Shown here in pieces: positions 10,282 to 17,650 of a stretch of DNA of 64,000 bases. Position 1 is the stretch's first letter, and each line of letters starts with the position of its first letter. Below the pieces are notes generated by a model. That model saw only the letters and a list, made by a program, of their open reading frames with translations. It ran no database searches and had not been told where the DNA came from. The DNA comes from Mycobacteriales bacterium (GTDB lineage Bacteria; Actinomycetota; Actinomycetes; JAFAQI01): assembly GCA_035547035.1 (NCBI GenBank), contig DASZVL010000013.1, positions 66,503-130,502 on the forward strand. The letters run 5' to 3'. Position numbers and translations under genes: made by a program.

Positions 10282-11544
10282 ATGAGGTTCGGCTCGGCTC
10301 GGTCGCGGGTGATCGCGGTCTCGCTTGTCGGTGTCGTCGTTGCCGACATCGTCGTGGCAGCGACGTCAGACCGTGGCTCAGCTCGAGATCGATCGGCGAC
10401 CCGGAGGACACCGGCCGCGGTGACCTGTCCGAGCTCGACTGCTCCGTCCGGCCCGATCCGCAGCACGCCTTTCGAAGGTCTGCCGCCCGGCCCGACCTTG
10501 GTCGCGATGTCCGCCACCGGCCCTCATGACGTCTGGGCACTAGGCGAGCGATCGAGCGGGGGATCCTCGGACCGCGTGTTCCTCATTCACTTCGACGGCA
10601 AGACGTGGTCCGTGACGAATGGCCCAACGCTCTACCAGCCAGTCGGCATCGCCGCGCCGACTCGGCGCGACGTGTGGGTCGTCGGTGCCTCTCGGACGAT
10701 CCTTCACTGGAACGGCACGGACTGGTCGCGAATCGCACTTCCAAAGGCACGCGGCGTCCAGCTCACCTCGGTTTCCGCGTCGGCGCCGGACAACGTCTGG
10801 GTTGTCGGCCAGCGCTACGGCGTCCGACTTCCAGCCAACAGCGTCGGCAGCCATACCCTGGCATACCGCTTCGACGGTCATCGCTGGTCGATCGTGCCGA
10901 CGCCAAACCCCGACTACGCCGCCAACTCACTCACGGCTGTCATGTCGATCTCCGACACCTACACCCTGGTCGCGGGATTCGCGGGTGAGGATGGCTACAC
11001 GTTGCAATGGGACGGAGCCACGTGGCGTCAGGCGTCCCTCCCCGCTCCAGAGCACCATCTGCATGTCATCGTCGTCGGCTTGGGCATGGCCGGTACACAG
11101 CCGTGGGCGGTCGGCGCGACCGGCGGCCCGGGCTTCGGCAACCCGGTGTACCTCAAATGGACGGGCGCACTTTGGCAGCTCGTGCCGATGAAGGCGATCG
11201 ACTACAACACACCTACCGCTCAGTCTGTCTCCGGCGGTACGCCGTTCGATGTGTGGGCGGTGGGCGCAGCCAACGGCGGTCGATACGTGCTCGCCCACAC
11301 CACGAACGCACGCGCGTTCGAGTACGTCCAGCTGCCTGTCCCCGCGCAGGTGGACCCGAACGAAGGCAGCCTCAACGCCGTGCGCGCCTTCAGTCCGGAC
11401 GACGTGTGGGCGGTGGGCGTCGCAACAACGATCTCACGGTCACCGTGCGCGACGAGCTCGGGCAACCTTGCACTGGTTGACCACTGGGACGGTCACTCCT
11501 GGACGCCAGTCCACATTCCGGGACTTGCCAGCGTGCGGCCGTAA
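10282..11544 (+). CDS. secreted beta-propeller repeat protein (Ycf48/BNR-like blades)
   Basis: N-terminal hydrophobic signal; five or more repeats of blade motif [DN]VW[AV][VL]G spaced about 45-60 aa apart (HDVWALGE, RDVWVVGA, DNVWVVGQ, FDVWAVGA, DDVWAVGV). Confidence 0.6.
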   Translation: MRFGSARSRVIAVSLVGVVVADIVVAATSDRGSARDRSATRRTPAAVTCPSSTAPSGPIRSTPFEGLPPGPTLVAMSATGPHDVWALGERSSGGSSDRVFLIHFDGKTWSVTNGPTLYQPVGIAAPTRRDVWVVGASRTILHWNGTDWSRIALPKARGVQLTSVSASAPDNVWVVGQRYGVRLPANSVGSHTLAYRFDGHRWSIVPTPNPDYAANSLTAVMSISDTYTLVAGFAGEDGYTLQWDGATWRQASLPAPEHHLHVIVVGLGMAGTQPWAVGATGGPGFGNPVYLKWTGALWQLVPMKAIDYNTPTAQSVSGGTPFDVWAVGAANGGRYVLAHTTNARAFEYVQLPVPAQVDPNEGSLNAVRAFSPDDVWAVGVATTISRSPCATSSGNLALVDHWDGHSWTPVHIPGLASVRP

Positions 11545-12114
11545 TCGAGCAAGACGACGACCGGTCGAAGGCCTTCTGGCGCTACTCCCGCCAGGTCGGG
11601 AGGTCCAGCCATTCGTAGATCTTGGCCTCGGATGCGCGGGAGTCTTTGCGAGGTTCCTGACCGCAGCGTCGATCCGCATGACGCCGCTCGGCGTCGGATT
11701 GCGCAGGCTCACCACGACGCCGCGGCCGGCGTTGCTGATAGACCCGCCGCCGTGTGCCTCGACGCTCTTCCATCGCCAGACTTCTCACTTTCCACTCATC
11801 TGAGTGGGATGGAACGGCCCCGTGGAGGCGTGATCCGCGGGGCCGTTCGGTGGTAACTCATCCCTTACCAAACCGAGAGCAGCTGGACGGCTCGGCGAGC
11901 GGCTTCTGCGCGTCGTTGCCGACGACGCATGACCGCCAACCGCCGTACGTACTCCTTACGCCGGTTCTCGTCGCTGACCCGTACTCGTTCACGGGTTTGC
12001 GCTTCAACCATCAGCTCTTGCAACATCTCGAAGACTCGTTTCTCGATTGCGGGCGGCGTCTGTGTAGACGACGGCCCGGCGTGGGCTTCATCGGGAGCGA
12101 GCCGCTGCGGCGCC

Positions 12115-12372
12115 TCAGGCGGCGATCACCTCGTCCTTACGAGGACGTCCGCGTGGCCGCTTGCGCGGCACGACTACGCCCTGAACGACGAGCTGGCCAC
12201 CCCACACACCCCACGGCTCGCGTCGCTCGAGCGCCTCGCTGAGGCAGGACAGCCGGAGGGGGCAGTCCAGACACAGCGCCTTGGCGCGCTCGACGTCAGC
12301 CGGCGACTCGGCGAAGAACAAATCCGGGTCTACCAGGTGACAGGGCAGTGCACATTCGATCGCGTGGGCCAT
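12115..12372 (-). CDS. whiB7: WhiB7-like transcriptional regulator (WhiB family with AT-hook)
   Basis: Four-Cys Fe-S motif (CALPC...CLDCPLRLSC), GVWGG turn, C-terminal AT-hook RKRPRGRPRK; ATG at 12372 with SD GGAGGTGG upstream; six-frame ORF has a spurious N-terminal extension. Confidence 0.8.
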   Translation of the reverse strand: MAHAIECALPCHLVDPDLFFAESPADVERAKALCLDCPLRLSCLSEALERREPWGVWGGQLVVQGVVVPRKRPRGRPRKDEVIAA

Positions 12373-12420
12373 CTGTACCCACCTCCTTCTCTCTCGTCGG
12401 GGGAAACGCTGTTGTTTCTT

Positions 12421-12461
12421 GGCAAACAAAAAGGCCGCGGACCCTTTCGGGTGCCGCGGCC
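12421..12461 (-). terminator. intrinsic terminator/attenuator in the whiB7 5' leader
   Basis: Minus-strand hairpin GGCCGCGGCACCCGAAAGGGTCCGCGGCC followed by TTTTTGTTTGCC, lying between the uORF stop (12488) and the whiB7 SD/start (12372). Confidence 0.65.
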
Positions 12462-12487
12462 TGTGGTTCGCCGGTCGTCGTACTGGT

Positions 12488-12685
12488 TCAGACCGGATCT
12501 CCGGAGGCTCTGGCACCCCTGCCGTGCTTGCGGTTGCGCTTTGCAGCAGCGGCGTTGGGTGCGATTGCGAGCTGGTCCATCCACTGGGACATGCCGAAGA
12601 CGGCGCCAGTCGCGCACGTCGACGTCGGCGATACCCACGTGGTGGCAGGGGTCGGCGCCGACGTCGAGATCGTGTAACCGCTCAT
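12488..12685 (-). CDS. whiB7 leader uORF (65-aa leader peptide, Thr/Ser/Ala-rich)
   Basis: ATG at 12685 preceded by strong SD AAGGAGGTG with 6-nt spacing; ends 27 nt before the attenuator hairpin; sequence MSGYTISTSAPTPATTWVSPTSTCATGAVFGMSQWMDQ... Confidence 0.5.
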   Translation of the reverse strand: MSGYTISTSAPTPATTWVSPTSTCATGAVFGMSQWMDQLAIAPNAAAAKRNRKHGRGARASGDPV

Positions 12686-12751
12686 CGTGGGCACCTCCTT
12701 CTTCTGCTCGCTTCCCGGCATGACGTGGTTGTCATTTCCGGTTGTCCTCGC

Positions 12752-12800
12752 ACGATAGAGGGCGGGCCAGACACTCGCAAAGGATTTATCGAAAGATCTT
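12752..12800 (-). promoter_or_regulatory. candidate whiB7 promoter with AT-rich upstream element
   Basis: Minus strand: -35 TTGCGA (12775-12780), 17-nt spacer, -10 TATCGT (12752-12757); AT-rich GATAAATCCTT directly upstream of the -35 in an otherwise 70% GC background, a plausible AT-hook binding site. Confidence 0.45.
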
Positions 12801-12828
12801 GGTCACAAGGTGATGTCGATGGGTCTGG

Positions 12829-13707
12829 TCACACTTGTTTGGAGCCGATGACGCGCAGCAGGCCCTCTTGCACCATAGAAACCACATGCGCGCCGTCTCG
12901 CGTGAACAGCCGCCCGATGCCGAGCCCGCGCCCGCCGGACACGCTCGGCGACTGCTGGTCGTAGAGCAACCAGTCGTCGGCGCGAAACGGCCGGTGGAAC
13001 CACATCGCATGGTCCAGGCTCGCGACCATCACCTCGCGGTCGTCGTCCCAGGTGAGCCCGCCGGCGAGCAGCGCCGAGTCCAGCAAGGTGAGGTCGCTGG
13101 CGTAGGTGACCGCGCAGACGTGGATCAGCGGGTCGTCGGGCATCTCGCCGGCCGCCTTCAGCCAGACCTGCTGGCGCTGGCGGTCCTTGGTGTCGCCGTT
13201 CGGCAGCCACGGCGGGTCGTCGACGTAGCGGAGGTCGACCGGCCGCGGCCTCGACCAGTGAGGTGACTCGGGCAGGCCCAGCGCCTTCGCCCGCTCGGTC
13301 AGCGTGGGGACGGTCTCCGGGTCCGGCGCGTCGGGCATCGGCGAGGCATAGTCCGCGCCCGGCTCGTCGACCTGGAACGACGCGGAGAGGTGGAAGATCG
13401 CCTCCCCGTGCTGTACGGCGACCACGCGTCGCGTCGTGAACGATCGGCCGTCGCGGATCCGGTCTACCTGGTAGACGATCGGGATCGTCGGGTCGCCGGG
13501 CCGCAGGAAGTAGGCGTGCAGCGAGTGCACGTGCCGCTGGTCCGGCACCGTCTTGCCAGCCGCTACCAGCGCTTGTCCGGCCACCTGCCCGCCGAAGACG
13601 CGCTGCACCGTCTCGTCAGGGCTCACACCGCGAAAGATGTTCACCTCGACCTGCTCGAGCTCGAGGATCGTCAGCAGGTTCGGCAGCTCGGCGGTCACGA
13701 AGCGCAA
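12829..13707 (-). CDS. tesB: acyl-CoA thioesterase II
   Basis: 292 aa, double hotdog; N-terminus MRFVTAELPNLLTILELEQVEVNIFRG and internal GGQVAGQALVAAG characteristic of TesB. Confidence 0.8.
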   Translation of the reverse strand: MRFVTAELPNLLTILELEQVEVNIFRGVSPDETVQRVFGGQVAGQALVAAGKTVPDQRHVHSLHAYFLRPGDPTIPIVYQVDRIRDGRSFTTRRVVAVQHGEAIFHLSASFQVDEPGADYASPMPDAPDPETVPTLTERAKALGLPESPHWSRPRPVDLRYVDDPPWLPNGDTKDRQRQQVWLKAAGEMPDDPLIHVCAVTYASDLTLLDSALLAGGLTWDDDREVMVASLDHAMWFHRPFRADDWLLYDQQSPSVSGGRGLGIGRLFTRDGAHVVSMVQEGLLRVIGSKQV

Positions 13708-13774
13708 CCTACCCAGGTAGCGCGAAGGTGCCCTACGCCGACCTATAGGGGGGTCCAGGGCACCTACGCCGACC

Positions 13775-15724
13775 TTAGCCGCGGATGACTTCCAAGACTT
13801 CGTCGGCGTACTGCTCGAGCTTCTTGGGGCCGACGCCCGACACCGCAGCGAGCTCGACGCGGTCCTGCGGTGCGCGCTCGGCGATCGCGACCAGCGTCTT
13901 GTTGTCGAACACCAGGAACGCCGCGATGCCGTCGTGTTGCGCCCGCTGCAGACGCCACTCGCGCAGTCGCGCGAACAGCGGATCGTCGGGCAGCTGCTGC
14001 TTCACCGACTTCGGTCGCTCGACGTACGCCGACGCCGGGCGGATGCCGTCGAGGAACCGCGACGGCTTGCGGCTGCGGCGGCCGCCGGGCGCGCGCGCGA
14101 GCGCCCAGGACAGGCTCAGATGACGGCGGGCGCGAGTGACGCCGACGTAGAGCAGGCGGCGTTCCTCCTCGACCTGCTCGGGAGTCGACGCGTGGGTGAT
14201 CGGCAGCGTGCCGTCGACCAGCCCGACGAGGTAGACCGCGTCCCACTCGAGACCCTTCGCGGCATGCAGCGAGGCGAGTGTCACGCCCTCGACGGGGGGC
14301 GCGTGCTGCGCATCCGCGCGGGCGACCAGCTCGGCGACGAACGCCGAGAGATCTGCATCGGGACGCGCGGCGGCGACCTCTTCGGCGAGACCGACGATCG
14401 CGCGCAGCGACTCCCACGCGTCGCGAAGCGCGCCGGCCCCGCTCGGCGGCGTGTCGGAGTAGCCCATCGCGGTCAGGACGTCAGCGACGACTGCCGGCAG
14501 CGAGTCACCCTCGGTCTCTGCTTCCGGCCGGGCCGCCCCGCGCAGGCGTGTCATCGCCTCGCGGACCTCGCGTCGCTCGAAGAACCGCTCGCCGCCGCGC
14601 ACGATGTACGGGATGCCGGCGTCGGCGAGCGCGGCTTCGTAGGCCTCCGACTGCGCGTTGACCCGGAACAGCACAGCCTGCTCGCGCAGCGGCACGCCGT
14701 CGTCGCGCAGCCGCGCAACCTGCCGCGCGACAGCCACCGCCTCCGCCGGCTCGTCGTCGTACGACGCGAACGTCGGTGCCGGGCCATCGCCCGCCTGCGC
14801 GCGCAGGCGCGACTCGGGCTCGACACGGTTGGCGAGGTCGACGACCTGGTTGGTCGAGCGGTAGTCACGGACCAGCCGGACGACGGCCGCGCCCGGGAAG
14901 CGGGAGCCGAATCGACGCAGGTACTGCGGCGATGCGCCGGTGAAGGAGTAGATGGTCTGGTTCGGGTCGCCGACGACGCACAAGTCGTCGCGGTCGCCGA
15001 GCCAGGCGTCGAGCAGCCGCTGTTGCAACGGGCTGACGTCCTGATACTCGTCGACCGTGAAGTTGCGGTAGCGCTCCCGCACCTCCCCGGCGACCGCCCG
15101 GTCGTTCTCGATCGCGGCGGCGGTCAGGAGCAGCAGGTCCTCGAAGTCGAGCTGGCCGCGGTCGGCGTTGACCTGCTCGTACGCCGCGAAGACCGCCTGC
15201 ACCGTCTCGAGCTCGAACGGCGGCTCCCGACCCGCGACCCGGGCCTGCCTCGCGTAGTCGGCCGGCTCGACGAGCGCCGCTTTCGCCCACTCGACCTCGC
15301 TCGCGAGGTCCCGTTGCTGCGGGGCGGCGACCGCCAGCTTGACCGACGCCGCCGCCGCGCGGATCGACGGCAGCTTGCTCTCGATCAGCGTGGGCCGTGC
15401 GCCGGAGGAGATCCGCGGCCAGAAGTAGGTGAGCTGGCGCAGCGCCGCGGAGTGGAAGGTGCGGGCCTGTACGCCGTCGGCGCCGAGCGCGCGCAACCGC
15501 GAGCGCAGCTCCCCCGCAGCGCGGGTGGTGAAGGTCACGGCGAGGACGTGCGTCGGTTTCACCTGACCGCCGAGCACCTGGTAGGCAATGCGGTGGGTGA
15601 CCGCGCGGGTCTTGCCGGTGCCGGCGCCGGCGAGGATGCAGACCGGTCCGCGCGGTGCCGTGACGGCCTCGCGCTGCTCGTCATCGAGACCCGCGAGCAC
15701 TCGCTCGAGTGGGTCGTCAGCCAC
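13775..15724 (-). CDS. uvrD2: UvrD2-like ATP-dependent DNA helicase with C-terminal HRDC domain
   Basis: Walker A AGAGTGKTRAVTHR, UvrD motifs, C-terminal HRDC-like LREWRLQRAQHDGIAAFLVFDNKTLVAIAER...VSGVGPKKLEQY; start trimmed to GTG 15724 preceded by GGAGGAC (ORF extends to 15883). Confidence 0.8.
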   Translation of the reverse strand: MADDPLERVLAGLDDEQREAVTAPRGPVCILAGAGTGKTRAVTHRIAYQVLGGQVKPTHVLAVTFTTRAAGELRSRLRALGADGVQARTFHSAALRQLTYFWPRISSGARPTLIESKLPSIRAAAASVKLAVAAPQQRDLASEVEWAKAALVEPADYARQARVAGREPPFELETVQAVFAAYEQVNADRGQLDFEDLLLLTAAAIENDRAVAGEVRERYRNFTVDEYQDVSPLQQRLLDAWLGDRDDLCVVGDPNQTIYSFTGASPQYLRRFGSRFPGAAVVRLVRDYRSTNQVVDLANRVEPESRLRAQAGDGPAPTFASYDDEPAEAVAVARQVARLRDDGVPLREQAVLFRVNAQSEAYEAALADAGIPYIVRGGERFFERREVREAMTRLRGAARPEAETEGDSLPAVVADVLTAMGYSDTPPSGAGALRDAWESLRAIVGLAEEVAAARPDADLSAFVAELVARADAQHAPPVEGVTLASLHAAKGLEWDAVYLVGLVDGTLPITHASTPEQVEEERRLLYVGVTRARRHLSLSWALARAPGGRRSRKPSRFLDGIRPASAYVERPKSVKQQLPDDPLFARLREWRLQRAQHDGIAAFLVFDNKTLVAIAERAPQDRVELAAVSGVGPKKLEQYADEVLEVIRG

Positions 15725-15882
15725 GTCCTCCGCCCCACCCACCACCCAAATCTCGTGCCGGCTCGCCGACCCCGTCGATGGCCATCCTCGCAGCCGCCTC
15801 GGACGCCCCCGCAGGGGAACATCCACGGAGGTGGAATGGTTGTTGAGGGTGCAACGACCAGGAACCCACTGAGGAGAGCGCA

Positions 15883-16128
15883 ATGTCGGGCCGGCTGACG
15901 ATGTACAGCACCAGCTGGTGCGGGGTTTGCGTGCGCCTGAAGCGTGGGCTGGAACGCGAGGGCGTCGAGTTCGACGAGGTCAACATCGAGGAGGACCCCG
16001 AGGCCGAGAAGTTCGTCCTCGAGACGAACAACGGCATGGCCCTGGTGCCGACGGTCGTGCTGCCGAACGGCGAGGTGCTGAGCAATCCACAGCTCCCCAC
16101 CCTCCTCGAGGCTCTCAGAGCCGCGTGA
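15883..16128 (+). CDS. glutaredoxin-like protein (NrdH/mycoredoxin type)
   Basis: 81 aa with CGVC active site (YSTSWCGVCVRLK), thioredoxin fold; divergent from uvrD2 as in mycobacteria. Confidence 0.8.
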   Translation: MSGRLTMYSTSWCGVCVRLKRGLEREGVEFDEVNIEEDPEAEKFVLETNNGMALVPTVVLPNGEVLSNPQLPTLLEALRAA

Positions 16129-16181
16129 TCTTGACGTAAGAGGCGCTTTGAGCCCCTCATAACGCCTTCCTCGTCAAGATC
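16127..16181 (+). terminator. stem-loop overlapping the glutaredoxin stop codon
   Basis: GATCTTGACGTAAGAGGCG ... CGCCTTCCTCGTCAAGATC, 10-bp perfect outer arms plus inner pairing; no U-tract. Confidence 0.35.
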
Positions 16182-16217
16182 ACCGCGGCTGCGTAGAGGC
16201 CCTGCTACGTTCCCGGC

Positions 16218-17006
16218 GTGGCTGACATCGCGGGAATGCTCGCCGATCTTCGGGCCGAGTCCGACGACCTCGATGCCGTGATCGCCGGCGTCGGACCTGA
16301 CGACCTGTCGCGCCCGACGCCCGCGGAAGGCTGGTCGGTCTCCGACACGCTGGGCCACCTGTGGTTCTTCGATCGCGAAGGCCGTCGTGCCCTGGAGGAC
16401 CCCGAGGGCTTCGCCGCGAGCATCGAGGCCCTGATGGCAGACCCGGCGGGCTATATGGAGCAGCACGTCGCGACGATCCGCGGTCTCGGCGATGCGCTCG
16501 TCCCGTCGTGGCAGGAGGAGCGCCGCAACATCATCGAGGCCCTCCGGGAGATCGACCCGAAGACGCGGGTGCCTTGGTACGGCCCGCCGATGTCTCCCAT
16601 GTCGTTCGGTACGGCGCGGCTCATGGAGACGTGGGCGCACGGCCAGGACATCGCGGACGCACTTGGGGTGCAGCGGGAGCCCACCGACCGGCTTCGTCAC
16701 ATCGCCTACCTGGGCGTCATCACCCGCGGCTTCTCCTACGTCGTACGAGGTCAGGAAGCACCTGATGTCCCGGTGTTCGTCGCACTCACCGCACCCAGCG
16801 GCGCGGAGTGGACCTGGGGTGACCCGTCGGCGCCGGACTCGGTCCGCGGCCCCGCGCTCGACTTCTGCCTGCGGGTTACCCAACGCCGGATGCTCGAGGA
16901 CCTCCAACTGGTCGTGACCGGCGACGCCGCGACGGAGTGGATGTCGATCGCTCAGGCCTTCGCCGGCGGCGCGACACTGACCGACGCGACCCGCCGCGGC
17001 CTCTAA
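16218..17006 (+). CDS. mycothiol-dependent maleylpyruvate isomerase N-terminal domain / DinB-like protein (TIGR03083-like)
   Basis: N-terminal MADIAGMLADLRAESDDLDAVIAGV...WSVSDTLGHLWFF pattern of the actinobacterial TIGR03083 family. Confidence 0.65.
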   Translation: MADIAGMLADLRAESDDLDAVIAGVGPDDLSRPTPAEGWSVSDTLGHLWFFDREGRRALEDPEGFAASIEALMADPAGYMEQHVATIRGLGDALVPSWQEERRNIIEALREIDPKTRVPWYGPPMSPMSFGTARLMETWAHGQDIADALGVQREPTDRLRHIAYLGVITRGFSYVVRGQEAPDVPVFVALTAPSGAEWTWGDPSAPDSVRGPALDFCLRVTQRRMLEDLQLVVTGDAATEWMSIAQAFAGGATLTDATRRGL

Positions 17007-17009
17007 GGC

Positions 17010-17084
17010 GGAAGCAATGTGGCATTGCCTCCGTAAATCGCGCGCTAAGAGCCGAAAAACCGGAGGCAATGCCACATTGCTTCC
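17010..17084. repeat. intergenic palindromic element copy A (24-bp perfect inverted-repeat arms, 27-nt spacer)
   Basis: GGAAGCAATGTGGCATTGCCTCCG ...27 nt... CGGAGGCAATGCCACATTGCTTCC; same element at 35818-35910 and 50671-50746. Confidence 0.8.
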
Positions 17085-17118
17085 GATGAGTTAGCGGGCG
17101 GGAGGACGTCGTACCGGT

Positions 17119-17649
17119 ATGCGATCGAAGAACCTCGGTGAGCTGTACAACCTGCCCCTCGTCGACTGGTCGACGATCACCGATCGGCTCGAGCGGGGCC
17201 TCACCGTCGCGCCGGGAACCGGTGGGCCCGATCACCACAGCCAGTGGCTGGTGACGACCAACGACGACGGCAGCCCGCATGTCAACGGCGTGGGCGCAGT
17301 CTGGCTCGACGGCACCTTCTGGTTCGTGACCGGCGCCACCAGCCGCAAAGGACGCAACCTCGCCCGCGACCCGCGATGCGCCATGAGTCTCGCCACGAGT
17401 GAGATGGAGCTCGTCGTCGAGGGCACCGCGCAGCGGGTCACCGACCATGCGACCGTCGCTCGCCTGTGCGCGCGGTACTCCGACGAGTGGCCGTGCAAGG
17501 TCGACGAGTCCGGCGAGGCGCTCACCGCTCCGTACAGTGCGCCTTCGGCCGGCCCTCCGCCGTGGGCGGTCTACCGCATGACCATCAGCAGCGCGCACGC
17601 GCTCACGATGGGAGACGGCGCCGGAGCAACCCGATGGGACTTCGACTAG
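17119..17649 (+). CDS. pyridoxamine 5'-phosphate oxidase-family (split-barrel, possibly F420/FMN-binding) protein
   Basis: 176 aa with GSPHVNGVGAVWLDGTFWFVTGATSRKGRNLARDPR motif of the PNPOx-like split-barrel family. Confidence 0.65.
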   Translation: MRSKNLGELYNLPLVDWSTITDRLERGLTVAPGTGGPDHHSQWLVTTNDDGSPHVNGVGAVWLDGTFWFVTGATSRKGRNLARDPRCAMSLATSEMELVVEGTAQRVTDHATVARLCARYSDEWPCKVDESGEALTAPYSAPSAGPPPWAVYRMTISSAHALTMGDGAGATRWDFD

Positions 17650-17650
17650 C

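Noticed and set aside
11582-11788. 68-aa minus-strand ORF in the structured region downstream of whiB7
   Set aside because: Highly basic Arg-rich translation without SD or known motif; more likely noncoding, though a small protein cannot be excluded.
15717-17075. 452-aa minus-strand ORF spanning the glutaredoxin and TIGR03083 genes
   Set aside because: Arg/Gly-rich low-complexity translation; it overlaps two well-supported plus-strand genes with clear motifs.
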